In this document: positions 24,517 to 33,980 of the stretch, piece after piece
How positions within the stretch are numbered: position 1 is the stretch's first letter
Layout: each line of letters opens with the position of its first letter
Assembly (NCBI GenBank): GCA_963826115.1
Contig: CAWGVS010000010.1
Span: forward strand, 512,001-576,000
Direction: 5' to 3'
Source of the DNA: an uncultured Candidatus Rokubacteria bacterium
Lineage (GTDB): Bacteria > Methylomirabilota > Methylomirabilia > Rokubacteriales > DASRDR01
Length of the DNA: 64,000 nucleotides
The notes under the pieces: model-generated
What the model was told of the DNA's origin: nothing
The model's input: the letters and a program-made list of their open reading frames with translations, nothing else
The model's database searches: none
Translations under genes and position numbers: made by a program

Positions 24517-25860
24517 ATGACGGGGCGAGGGCCGCTCGCGCGCCTTCGGGTGCCGCCGTGGCGGAAGGTCGCCGCCGGCCTCTGGAACCGGCTCCCGCTC
24601 CCGTTCGAGCGGATGGCGGTCCGGATCGACGACGACGCGCCCGGCCGGTCGCCCGTCGATGGCCCACCGCTCAACAAGATCCTCGATCGCGCCGACTGGG
24701 AGCATCCGGCCTGGCGCCGCGCGCTGGAGGACCTCGGCTACTCCGCCGACCCGGCCCGCCTCCACCGGAAGGAGTGGGAGTTCGCCCAGGGCGTGTACGG
24801 GCTCCGGAAGCTCGGCTGCCTGTCGCCGCGCGCCGCCGCCCTCGGGCTCGGCGCCGGCGCCGAGCCCATCATCTTCTTCCTGGCCGGCCGCCTGGCGCGG
24901 GTGGTCGCCACCGACCTCTACGCGGGGGAGTTCAGCGCCCAGGAGGCGGACCCGCGCATGCTCCGCGATCCGGAGGCGTTCGCCCCGTTCTCGTACCATC
25001 GCGACCGCCTCGAGGTGCGCCGCATGGATGCGACGGCGATCGACTACTCGCCGGAGTCGTTCGACGTCGTCTTCTCGTTCTCGTCCATCGAGCACTTCGG
25101 CACCCGCCGCGCCCAGCGCGCGTGCTTGGCGTCGATCTTCCGGGTCCTCCGGCCGGGCGGCGTGGCGGTGCTGACGACCGAGGTGATCCTGAACGCGTGG
25201 GGCCGGCACGGCGACTACTTCCGCGTGGAGGAGCTCCTCGACGACCTGATCCCGGGGGCCGGGTTCCGTCTCGCCGGCGGCGATTTCTCCTTCGCCACGA
25301 GCCGGGCGACCCTCGACGGCCTGGTGCGGCTGCCGCACGAGATCGACCGGCGCCCGCACCTGGTCCTGCGCCGCTGGCGGACCTACTTCACCTCGGCGGC
25401 GTGCTTTCTCGAGAAGCCCGCGCCGCCGGGAACGCCGCCGACGCGCCGGGCGGTGCGCGGCGAGGAGGTCCCGGTGGGGCTCCCGCCCCTCCTGCGGGCG
25501 CGGCTCGACGCGACGCCGGAAGCGCTGTCCGTCCGGCGCGCGGCGCCGTACGCGCTGACCGCGCGCGTCGAGAACACGGGCCACGCGCCGTGGCCCGCGT
25601 CGTCGCCGGACGGATTCGGCCACGTCCGGCTGGGCGCCCACCTGATCGCCGACGGAAGCGCCCCGGCGGTCCAGGACTACGGCCGGGCCAGCCTGCCGCG
25701 GGACCTCGCGCCGGGCGCGTCGGCGACCGTCACGATCGAGCTCCGCGCGCCCGACGAGCCCGGGCGCTACCGGGTGGCGCTGGACATGGTCCGGGAAGGC
25801 GTCGCGTGGTTCTCGAGCCGTGAGCCGTCGAGCGTCACGGTGTCCCTGACCGTGACGTGA
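24517..25860 (+). CDS. SAM-dependent methyltransferase with C-terminal Ig-like domain
   Basis: HRKEWE, LGLGAGAE, FDVVFSFSSIEH, RVLRPGG; C-terminal VENTG..W...LAPG...APDEPGRY...DMVREG.AWF. Confidence 0.8.
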   Translation: MTGRGPLARLRVPPWRKVAAGLWNRLPLPFERMAVRIDDDAPGRSPVDGPPLNKILDRADWEHPAWRRALEDLGYSADPARLHRKEWEFAQGVYGLRKLGCLSPRAAALGLGAGAEPIIFFLAGRLARVVATDLYAGEFSAQEADPRMLRDPEAFAPFSYHRDRLEVRRMDATAIDYSPESFDVVFSFSSIEHFGTRRAQRACLASIFRVLRPGGVAVLTTEVILNAWGRHGDYFRVEELLDDLIPGAGFRLAGGDFSFATSRATLDGLVRLPHEIDRRPHLVLRRWRTYFTSAACFLEKPAPPGTPPTRRAVRGEEVPVGLPPLLRARLDATPEALSVRRAAPYALTARVENTGHAPWPASSPDGFGHVRLGAHLIADGSAPAVQDYGRASLPRDLAPGASATVTIELRAPDEPGRYRVALDMVREGVAWFSSREPSSVTVSLTVT

Positions 25861-25873
25861 TCCGTCCGGCCGC

Positions 25874-27943
25874 CTAGACTCGCTCGACCTCCACGCGGTT
25901 GTCGTGGAAGACCGCCCCGCCGCCCATGTCCGAGTCCCGCTCGTCCACGGTGACGTTGACGGTCGCGTCGCCCTTCACGTGGCGCGGCCAGCGGCCCTTG
26001 GTGCTGGCCACCAGGCCCCGGCGGACGCGGTCGGACACCTCGACGCGCGCGACGAACGCGCCGCGGTCGTTGAAGACGCGCGCCTCCTGCCCGGTCTCGA
26101 GACCGCGCGCCGTCGCGTCCTCCGGGTGGATCCGGACGATCGGCGGCCCCGACCGCTTCATCTGGTCGCCGACGTTGGCGAACAGGGAGTTCAGGAAGTA
26201 GTGGTCGGCCCCGGCGATCAGCGCCAGCGGGTAGCGCGCGGCGAGCGGGGTGTCCCGCTGGGCCGCCTCGTGCGGCGGGGTATACCCGGCCAGCGGGTCG
26301 AGGCCCGCCTTCACCATGCGCTCGGTCCGGAACTCGAGCTTGCCGGACGGGGTGGGGAAGCCGTGGGCGAACGGCACGAACGGCTCGGGGTACTTGACCC
26401 GCATCCAGCCGCGCGCCTTCAGCGCCTCGAGGGTGATCCCGTCTAGCGCCGGATGCCCGGAGCCGAGGACCTGGCGCGCCAGGTCGTCGTCGCTGTCGTA
26501 CAGCGCGGGCGCGTCGAGCCCGAGGCGCTTCGCCAGCCGCCGGAAGATCTCGGTCGACGAGAGACACTCGCCCGGCGGCGGCACGGCCGGCTCGTTCCAG
26601 GAGATGTAGAGGTGCCCGTAGGCGATCTGGAGGTCGGCGTGCTCGAGCTGCATGGTCGACGGCAGGACGATGTCGGCGTACTCGACGGTGTCCGTCCGGA
26701 AGTGCTCGACCACCACGGTGAAGAGATCGGGCCGCTCCAGGCCGCGCCGGATCTTCGACTGGTGGGGCACGCTGGCGAGCGGGTTGCTGGCGGAGACGAA
26801 CAGCGCCTTGACCGGCGGGTTGTCGAGATCGAGGAGCCCCTCGCCGAGCCGCGTCATCGTCAGGACGCGCGTGCCGGGGCGCCGCAGGTCGTCGCGGTAC
26901 AGGGCCGGCCAGTCGACCCCGAAGAACCCGCGGGTGTCGTACCCGGCCCCACCGCCGGGATAGCGCCAGTCGCCCGTGACGCCGGGAATGCACGTGATGG
27001 TGCGGACGGCCATGCCGCCGCCGCCGTGTCGCTGAAGCCCCATGGTCAGCCGGATCCCGGTGGGCCGCGTGTGGGCGATCCGCTTCCCGAGGTCGACGAT
27101 CGCCTCGACCGGGAGGCCGCAGATGTCGGCGACGCGGTCCGGCGGGTACTCGAGGATGCGCGCGCGGAACTCGTCCCAGCCCAGCGTGTGCTGGCCGATG
27201 AACTCCTTGTCCTCCGCGCCCTCGGCGAGCACGACGTGGAGGAGGCCGAGCGCCAGCGCGGCGTCGGTCCCGGGGATCGGCGCCAGGTGGGTGTCGGCGG
27301 CGTCCGCGGTGCGGGTCCGGATCGGGTCGATGACGACGAGGCGGGCGCCCTGCTGGCGCGCCATGGTGATGCTGCGCCAGAGGTGGAGGTTGGTGCTCAG
27401 CGTGTTGCTGCCCCAGAGGACGATGAGCTTCGAGAACCGGAGCGTCTCCGGGTCCATCCCGACGCGGTTGTCGCCGAGGGTGTAGCCGGTGCCGACGCCG
27501 CCGGCGATCGTGCAGATCGTCATCACGTGCTGCGACGTCCCGAGCACGTTCCACAGCCGGCGCCCCGCGGCGTAGCAGCCCTGGAGGAGGCCCATGCTGC
27601 CGGAGCCGAGGTAGGGCCAGATGGCCTCCGCGCCGAACTCCCGAATGATGCGGTCGAGCCGCTCGGCGATCTCGTCGAGCGCGTCGTCCCAGGAGATGCG
27701 CTGGAAGGTTCCGTGCCCCTTGGGGCCGACGCGTCGGAGCGGATGGAGGAGGCGGTCCGGCGACTGGCTGTAGGCGACGTAGCCGTTCACCTTGTTGCAG
27801 AGCACGCCGCGCGTGAAGGGATGGTCGGGGTCGCCCCGGAGGTCGACCGCCCGACCGTCCTTGACGGTGACGATCCAGCTGCAGGTGTCCGGGCAGTCCA
27901 GCGGGCACGCCCCCAGGACCCGTCGCGATCCGTCCCCCGCCAT
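25874..27943 (-). CDS. Molybdopterin oxidoreductase (DMSO reductase superfamily) with N-terminal 4Fe-4S
   Basis: CPLDCPDTC...C, RLLHPLRR, ISWDDALD, TICTIAG, ADIVLPST, C-terminal MGD-binding domain; AGGAGG RBS. Confidence 0.92.
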   Translation of the reverse strand: MAGDGSRRVLGACPLDCPDTCSWIVTVKDGRAVDLRGDPDHPFTRGVLCNKVNGYVAYSQSPDRLLHPLRRVGPKGHGTFQRISWDDALDEIAERLDRIIREFGAEAIWPYLGSGSMGLLQGCYAAGRRLWNVLGTSQHVMTICTIAGGVGTGYTLGDNRVGMDPETLRFSKLIVLWGSNTLSTNLHLWRSITMARQQGARLVVIDPIRTRTADAADTHLAPIPGTDAALALGLLHVVLAEGAEDKEFIGQHTLGWDEFRARILEYPPDRVADICGLPVEAIVDLGKRIAHTRPTGIRLTMGLQRHGGGGMAVRTITCIPGVTGDWRYPGGGAGYDTRGFFGVDWPALYRDDLRRPGTRVLTMTRLGEGLLDLDNPPVKALFVSASNPLASVPHQSKIRRGLERPDLFTVVVEHFRTDTVEYADIVLPSTMQLEHADLQIAYGHLYISWNEPAVPPPGECLSSTEIFRRLAKRLGLDAPALYDSDDDLARQVLGSGHPALDGITLEALKARGWMRVKYPEPFVPFAHGFPTPSGKLEFRTERMVKAGLDPLAGYTPPHEAAQRDTPLAARYPLALIAGADHYFLNSLFANVGDQMKRSGPPIVRIHPEDATARGLETGQEARVFNDRGAFVARVEVSDRVRRGLVASTKGRWPRHVKGDATVNVTVDERDSDMGGGAVFHDNRVEVERV

Positions 27944-28133
27944 GGCGCCGTCCCTCCTGAAACTATGCTCCACACCGCGCCCTCGCGGATCAATTACCTG
28001 GGAGGTAAGGGCCCGGCGGGCGGCCGGGGCGCTATCATGAAAGGACTCATGGACCGGCTGATGGTCGTTCGAGTCGGGGCGTGGCGGCTCTCGCGGCCGT
28101 CCAGCCAGCCGCCGGCCCGCTGCGGGTAGCCGG

Positions 28134-29207
28134 ATGGGACGGGCGCGGCTCCGCGACCTCGGCCTTCGCACCGGGCAGCTCCCGCCCGGGCCGCTCAACG
28201 CCATCACCGACGTCGCCGACGTACGCGTCGGCCACGCGACCGTCGTCCACGACACCCCCTCCGTCGCGCGCACCGGCGTGACCGCGATCTGGCCGACGGA
28301 TGCGGACGTCTGGACCCATCCCGTGGCCGCCGGGTACCACTCCTTCAACGGCAACGGCGAGATGACCGGCGCGCTCTGGCTCGACGAGCAGGGGCTGCTG
28401 GCGACGCCCGTGTGCCTCACCAACACCCACTCGGTCGGCGTGGTCCGGGACGCCGTCGTCGCCTACGCCGTGCGGGAGCGCGTGCCGCAGCCGTGGCTCC
28501 TGCCGGTCGTGGCCGAGACCCACGACGGCTGGCTCAGCGAGGCGGACCGGTTCCCGGTCACGGCGGCCCACACCTTCGCGGCGCTCGACGTCGCCGCGGG
28601 CGGCGCGGTGGCGGAGGGGTGTGTGGGGGGCGGCACGGGCATGATCTGCCACGAGTTCAAGGGCGGGATCGGCACGGCGTCGCGCCGGGTCGCGGCCGCC
28701 GGCGCGAGCTGGACCGTGGGCGCGCTCGTGCAGGCGAACTACGGCTCGCGGGACCTCCTGCGCGTCGACGGCGTGCCGGTGGGGCTCGAGATCGGCCGCG
28801 ACGAGGTGCCGTCGCACCGCGGCATTCCGGCCCACGAGGGATCGATCATCGTGGTGCTGGCGACCGACGCGCCGCTCTTGCCGATCCAGTGCCGGCGGCT
28901 CGCCCAGCGGGCGACGGTGGGCCTCGCCTGGGTCGGCGGCATCGGCGCGAACGGAAGCGGCGACATCTTCCTCGCGTTCTCGACCAGCAACCGCGTGGCG
29001 CTCGCCGCCCCCCGGTCACGGCTCGAGATGGTCGCGCCGGACGAGATGACCCCGCTCTTCCAGGCGGCGGCGGAGGCGACCGAGGAAGCGATCCTCAACG
29101 CGCTGACCGCGGCCGAGACGACCACCGGCCGGTCCGGACGCACGGTCCACGCGCTGCCGCTCGACCGGCTGCGTGAGGTCATGCGCCACTACCGGCGCGC
29201 CGACTAG
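28134..29207 (+). CDS. dmpA: P1/S58 family peptidase (DmpA-like L-aminopeptidase/D-esterase)
   Basis: NAITDVADVRVGH, RTGVTAI, NGNGEMTG, GGGTGM, EGSIIVV, GSGDIF. Confidence 0.92.
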   Translation: MGRARLRDLGLRTGQLPPGPLNAITDVADVRVGHATVVHDTPSVARTGVTAIWPTDADVWTHPVAAGYHSFNGNGEMTGALWLDEQGLLATPVCLTNTHSVGVVRDAVVAYAVRERVPQPWLLPVVAETHDGWLSEADRFPVTAAHTFAALDVAAGGAVAEGCVGGGTGMICHEFKGGIGTASRRVAAAGASWTVGALVQANYGSRDLLRVDGVPVGLEIGRDEVPSHRGIPAHEGSIIVVLATDAPLLPIQCRRLAQRATVGLAWVGGIGANGSGDIFLAFSTSNRVALAAPRSRLEMVAPDEMTPLFQAAAEATEEAILNALTAAETTTGRSGRTVHALPLDRLREVMRHYRRAD

Positions 29208-29221
29208 CCGACGGAACGGAG

Positions 29222-29632
29222 ATGACGTTCGCGATCAAGGCCGAGGTGCGCAATGCGCGGGCGAAGGCGTTCGCCTTCGCCGCGCAGAAGACGATGTATG
29301 GCGGCAAGCGCATCGCCAAGGGCGACGCGATCTTCGTGTTCGCGAGCGAGAACGAGAGCGGCCAGGGCCTGATCGCGCGCGGGGTGGTCACCTCGGCCGA
29401 GGCGGTCGCGAGGGAGCCCGGCCTCGCCCGGCAGACGCCGCGCGTGAGCATCAGGGTCAGGCGCACGGCGCTCGCGACGCGCCGTCTCGGACGGCGCGAG
29501 CTCAAGCCCTTCACGAGCTGGAACGACGGCGGCTCCCGAACGGAGCTCAACTTCAAGTTCTACCGCCAGGCGACGAACAAGATCGTGGGCATCTCGGACC
29601 GAGCGGCGACATTCCTCGACGGCTACTTCTGA
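29222..29632 (+). CDS. Conserved hypothetical protein (possible PUA/EVE-like fold)
   Basis: GGAG RBS; genome-like codon use; KTMYGGK.I.KGD.IFVF...GLIARG.V pattern. Confidence 0.65.
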   Translation: MTFAIKAEVRNARAKAFAFAAQKTMYGGKRIAKGDAIFVFASENESGQGLIARGVVTSAEAVAREPGLARQTPRVSIRVRRTALATRRLGRRELKPFTSWNDGGSRTELNFKFYRQATNKIVGISDRAATFLDGYF

Positions 29633-29711
29633 CCGTAGGGTGGTCAGGAGGGGTCGCGCCCAAGCGCGCGCGAGTCGCTCCTGACCGCGGAGTCGAGCGC
29701 GGCTCTCGGGG

Positions 29712-29870
29712 TCAGTCGATGACCTCGTCGATGCGGGCCAAGAGGGACGGTGGCACCTCGAGGCCCGGTGTCTTGGCCCTCTTCTGGTTGACCACGAACT
29801 GGTTGACCACGAACTCGAACCGGCTCGACTGTCCGACCGGACGGTCGGCGGGCTTGGCGCCCTTGAGAAT
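29712..29870 (-). pseudogene. C-terminal remnant of an ABC_sub_bind-family substrate-binding protein
   Basis: [52 protein letters not shown]; 15-bp tandem duplication at 29784-29813; no 5' part. Confidence 0.8.
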
Positions 29871-29888
29871 CCGCCCGGCATTCCGAGC

Positions 29889-29935
29889 TTGACACCGGCA
29901 GAGCCATTGACGTAACTAACTAATGGGTTAACTAG
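29889..29935 (+). promoter_or_regulatory. AT-rich promoter/operator patch upstream of the ThDP-TRAP operon
   Basis: TTGACA at 29889, TTGACG at 29907, imperfect palindrome TAACTAATGGGTTA at 29917-29930. Confidence 0.5.
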
Positions 29936-30057
29936 AGCGCGGCACCGGCAGACCGGGAGCGGCTGATCGGGCCCCCCTCCTGGGCTGCCGCCCCATCGAC
30001 GGAGCCCGGGACGGCGGCGAGCGGACGCCGCGGACGCGAAGCAGGGAGGACCCACCG

Positions 30058-31809
30058 ATGACCGGAGCCGAGTTCGTCGCGGAGTGCCTCAGCCGGGAGG
30101 GCGTCTCGAAGGTCTTCGGCCAGTGCGGCCACACGAACCTCGCCCTGATCGACGCCCTCCCCAAGGTGGGGATCGACTTCGTATCCTTCCGGCACGAGCA
30201 GCTGGCCGCGCACGCCGCCGACGCGTACTTCCGCGTGTCGCACAAGCTCGCGGTCGTTCTGGTGCACCTCTCCCCGGGCCTCACGAACGCCCTCACCGGC
30301 GTGGTGACGGCCGCCGCGGATCTGACGCCGATGGTCGTGATCTCGGGTAACACGCCGGCGTACAACCACGCCCGCGACGGGCACCAGTGCATCCGCTTCC
30401 ACGCGGACGCCTCGCAGGGCGACATCTTCCGGCCGCTCTGCAAGCGGGTGTGGCGGGTGGACGACCCCGAGCTCCTGCCCGACGTGATGCCGCGCGCGCT
30501 GAACCTCGCCCAGAGCGGGCGGCCCGGGGCGGTGCTGATCGACGTGCCGATGGACGTCTTCTCGCGCCAGGTGAAGGGCCGCGTGCCGGACTTGCGGAGC
30601 CGGCGGCCGGGCCGGCACCGGGCGGCCGGGGCCGACGCCGCGATCGCCGAGGCCGCCGACCTCTTGCTCCAGGCGACCCGTCCCGTGATCTTCGCCGGTA
30701 ACGGCGTCCACCTCTCGGAGGCCTGGAGCGAGCTCAGGGATCTCGCCGAGCACGCCGGCATCCCGGTGGCGACGACGCTCATGGGGAAAGGCGCCTTTCC
30801 GGAGGACCACCCGCTGTCGGTCGGCATGACCGGCATCTGGGGCACGCGGCTCGCCAACGAGACGACCCGGGGCGCGGACGTCATCCTGGCGGTCGGCACC
30901 GGATTCGGCGAGGCCGACTGCAGCTCCTGGAACCCCCAGTACACCTTCGCGATCCCACCGTCCCGCCTGATCCAGATCGACGCCGATCCGCCCGAGATCG
31001 GCAAGACCTACCCAGTCGAGGTGGGCATCGTGGGCGACGCGAAGGCGAGCCTGGCCAAGCTCCTGGAGCGGATCCGGGCGCGGACGCCGCGCGTCGACTG
31101 GCAAGGGTCACGCCGGGCCGCCGAGCTCGAGACGGTGCGGAAGGGGTGGCTCGGCGACCTCGCGGAGAGCCAGCGTGACGGCGGCCGACCCATCCACCCG
31201 GCGCGGCTCCTCGCCGAGCTGAACCGGGCCCTCCCGGAGGACGCCATCGTCGTCACCGACGTCGGCTGGAACAAGAACGGCGCGGGCCAGCAGCTCGTGA
31301 CGCGGCGGCCGCTCACCTTCATCACGAGCGGCGGCATGGCGACCATGGGGTACGCGCCGGCGGCCGCGATCGGGGCCAAGATCGCCTGTCCGCGCCAGCC
31401 GGTCGTCGCGCTGGTCGGGGACGGCGGCTTCATGTCCACCTGCGGCGCGCTCGCGACCGCGGTGGAGCTGGGGACGCCGGTCGTGTGGGTGCTCTTCAAC
31501 AACTACTGCTTCTCGACGATCCGCACGATGGGCGAGGCCTACTTCAAGAGCACGTACGGCACCGAGTTCACGACGCCCGACGGCCAGCCGTACAACCCCG
31601 ACTTCCAGCTCCTGGCGAAGGCCCACGGCATCGAGGCGCGACTGGTCGAGGATCCCGACGAGCTCCCGCGCGTCCTGCGGGAGTGCCTCGCCCTCAATGC
31701 GCCCTGCGTGCTCGAGGTCCGGACGCGGGGCGACCTGCCGATGCCCAGGACCGGTTACTGGGACATCGCCGAGTTCCTCACGCCCGACCGGGCGGGCATC
31801 GGCGACTGA
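30058..31809 (+). CDS. Thiamine diphosphate-dependent enzyme (AHAS large-subunit superfamily)
   Basis: RHEQ catalytic Glu, PGLTN, GRPGAVLIDVP, GDGGF...NN ThDP motif. Confidence 0.92.
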   Translation: MTGAEFVAECLSREGVSKVFGQCGHTNLALIDALPKVGIDFVSFRHEQLAAHAADAYFRVSHKLAVVLVHLSPGLTNALTGVVTAAADLTPMVVISGNTPAYNHARDGHQCIRFHADASQGDIFRPLCKRVWRVDDPELLPDVMPRALNLAQSGRPGAVLIDVPMDVFSRQVKGRVPDLRSRRPGRHRAAGADAAIAEAADLLLQATRPVIFAGNGVHLSEAWSELRDLAEHAGIPVATTLMGKGAFPEDHPLSVGMTGIWGTRLANETTRGADVILAVGTGFGEADCSSWNPQYTFAIPPSRLIQIDADPPEIGKTYPVEVGIVGDAKASLAKLLERIRARTPRVDWQGSRRAAELETVRKGWLGDLAESQRDGGRPIHPARLLAELNRALPEDAIVVTDVGWNKNGAGQQLVTRRPLTFITSGGMATMGYAPAAAIGAKIACPRQPVVALVGDGGFMSTCGALATAVELGTPVVWVLFNNYCFSTIRTMGEAYFKSTYGTEFTTPDGQPYNPDFQLLAKAHGIEARLVEDPDELPRVLRECLALNAPCVLEVRTRGDLPMPRTGYWDIAEFLTPDRAGIGD

Positions 31810-31811
31810 CC

Positions 31812-32852
31812 ATGCAGGCGTTCGTGAAGACGGCCCCGGGCAAGGGGAACATGGAGCTCCGGGACGTGCCCATCCCCGTGCCTCTGGCCGGCGAGGCGCT
31901 CGTCGAGGTCGTCCGGTCCGGCGTGTGCGGGACGGAGGTGCTCGTCCACGACGATCTGTACCGGGGACGGAACCGGCCGATGCCGTTCCCCCTCATCGTC
32001 GGGCACGAGGCGTCCGGACTCGTCGTGGAGCTCGGCCCCGGGACGGCCGGTCCCCGGCCCGGCACGCGCGTCGCCCTGGAAGGCGTCAGTGGCTGCGGCG
32101 CGTGCTTCCACTGTCTGCGGGGGAGCTACAACCTCTGCCAGGACTGGCACCACATCGGCCTCACGCGGGCCGGGGCGCTCGCCGAGTTCGCGACGGTGCC
32201 CGTCTCGTCGCTGGTCCCGGTCCCCGATGACGTGTCGCTCGAGAGCGCCGCCATGCTGGAGCCGTTCTCGAACGCGATGCACACGCTCGAGCGCCTCAAG
32301 CCGGCGCCCGGCCAGCCGGCCGCCATCATCGGCCCCGGCCCGCTGGGGCTCCTCAATCTCCTGGTGCTCCGGGCGGCCGGCGCGGCGCCGCTCGTCGTCC
32401 TCGGGCGGCGAGGGGACGAGCCGCGCCTGGAGCTGGCCCGGGCGCTGGGGGCCGACGTCGCCGTCGTCGCGGACCGGAAGGCGGCCCAGGAGCGCGTCGC
32501 CGAGCTCACGGGGGGGATCGGCATGGCGATCGTGGTCGAGGCCGGGGGAACCTCGGAGGCCGTCCAGACCGCGCTCGACATCGTGGCCGGCAACGGATTC
32601 CTGGTGACCCTCGGGCTCGCGCGGTCCACGGAGATCGACGCGCTCACGGTCGTGCGGAAGAACCTCGTGTGGCTCGGCGTCGTGGCGGCGGTCCGGCGGC
32701 ACTACGCCGAGGCCATCCGGCTGATCCAGAGCGGCAAGGTCGAGCTCGAGCGCCTCATCACGCACCGCATGCCCCTCGCCGAAGCGGCGTCGGCCGTCCC
32801 GGCGATGCGCAGCGGGGACGCGGTCAAGATCATGTTCGCGCCGGGAGCCTGA
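31812..32852 (+). CDS. Zn-dependent medium-chain dehydrogenase
   Basis: GVCGTE, GHE.SG, CGACFHC..G.YNLC, GPGPLG. Confidence 0.92.
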   Translation: MQAFVKTAPGKGNMELRDVPIPVPLAGEALVEVVRSGVCGTEVLVHDDLYRGRNRPMPFPLIVGHEASGLVVELGPGTAGPRPGTRVALEGVSGCGACFHCLRGSYNLCQDWHHIGLTRAGALAEFATVPVSSLVPVPDDVSLESAAMLEPFSNAMHTLERLKPAPGQPAAIIGPGPLGLLNLLVLRAAGAAPLVVLGRRGDEPRLELARALGADVAVVADRKAAQERVAELTGGIGMAIVVEAGGTSEAVQTALDIVAGNGFLVTLGLARSTEIDALTVVRKNLVWLGVVAAVRRHYAEAIRLIQSGKVELERLITHRMPLAEAASAVPAMRSGDAVKIMFAPGA

Positions 32853-32856
32853 CGGC

Positions 32857-33942
32857 GTGCTCGCGCTGGTCAAGGGCCGCGACGCTGCGGAGGCACCGGA
32901 GGTGACGGACCTGCCGGTCCCGAGCCCCGGGCCGGGCGAGGTCCTCGTGAAGATGGGGGCGGCCGGCCTCTGCTACAGCGACGTGATGATCCTGAAGAAC
33001 CAGTACACCGGCCGCGTCCCGGTGCCGGTCCCGGTGGTGATGGGTCACGAGGGTGCGGGCGTCGTCGCCGCGGTGGGCCCGGGGGTCACGAGCCTCCGGG
33101 AGGGCGACCGGGTCGGGCTGAATCCGTCCTGGGGGTGCGGCCAGTGCTCGCACTGCATGGACGGCAGCCCGAACATGTGTCAGAGCTGGCGGCACCTCGG
33201 CATCACGCGCGACGGCACGTTTTCCGAGTATCGCGTCGTGCCCGCGTTCGCGGCCTGCAAGCTGCCCGACGGCGTCTCGATGGCCGAGGCCGCGGTGCTC
33301 GAGCCCGTCATGCTCGCCGTCCGGACGCTCGAGCATCTGCGCCCGCGCGTCGGGGATTCGGTGGCGATCATCGGCCCGGGCTCCATCGGCCTGTTCCACC
33401 TGCAGGCGTTCAAGGCGGCCGGCGCCTCCCTCGTCATCGTCATCGGGCTCGACCAGGACTCCGCACGGCTCGAGATCGCCCGGAGGCTGGGGGCCGACCA
33501 CATCGTCAACGCGAGCCGCGAGGACGTGGTGCAGCGGGTCCGCGAGCTCACCGGGGGCCTCGGGTGCGACATCGTGGTGGAGGCGGCCAACCATCCCTCC
33601 ACGGTCGGGCAGGCCATCGACCTCGCCAGCGCCTACGGGCGGGTGATGCTCTTCGGACTCTATCGCGAGGCGACCGTCAGCCCCCTGACCCTCATGCGCA
33701 AGGGGGTCACCGTGATGGGAGACGTCGCGGGAACGCTCCGCTGGTACCAGCGGGCCATCCGGTGGGTGCAGTACAAGAAGATCGCGGTCGAGCCCCTGAT
33801 CACCGAGCGATTCCGCCTCGACCAGGCGAAGCAGGCCTTCGACGCGTTCCGGGAGCATCGGAGCGTGAAGGTGCTCTTCTCCATGTCGGAGACCGAGGAG
33901 GCGGCCCGACACCGACCCGCGCCCCATCCGTCGGTGACCTGA
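32857..33942 (+). CDS. Zn-dependent medium-chain dehydrogenase (second paralogue)
   Basis: GLCYSD, GHEGAG, CGQCSHC..G.PNMC, GPGSIG. Confidence 0.92.
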   Translation: MLALVKGRDAAEAPEVTDLPVPSPGPGEVLVKMGAAGLCYSDVMILKNQYTGRVPVPVPVVMGHEGAGVVAAVGPGVTSLREGDRVGLNPSWGCGQCSHCMDGSPNMCQSWRHLGITRDGTFSEYRVVPAFAACKLPDGVSMAEAAVLEPVMLAVRTLEHLRPRVGDSVAIIGPGSIGLFHLQAFKAAGASLVIVIGLDQDSARLEIARRLGADHIVNASREDVVQRVRELTGGLGCDIVVEAANHPSTVGQAIDLASAYGRVMLFGLYREATVSPLTLMRKGVTVMGDVAGTLRWYQRAIRWVQYKKIAVEPLITERFRLDQAKQAFDAFREHRSVKVLFSMSETEEAARHRPAPHPSVT

Positions 33943-33980
33943 TCGATCCATCCCCGCGCACCCTCAAAGAGGAGGACAGC

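Noticed and set aside
23206-25641. N-terminal ~810 aa of the 2214-aa ORF 18997..25641
   Set aside because: It is antisense to two clear plus-strand genes and has no motifs; the real protein starts at 23196/23205.
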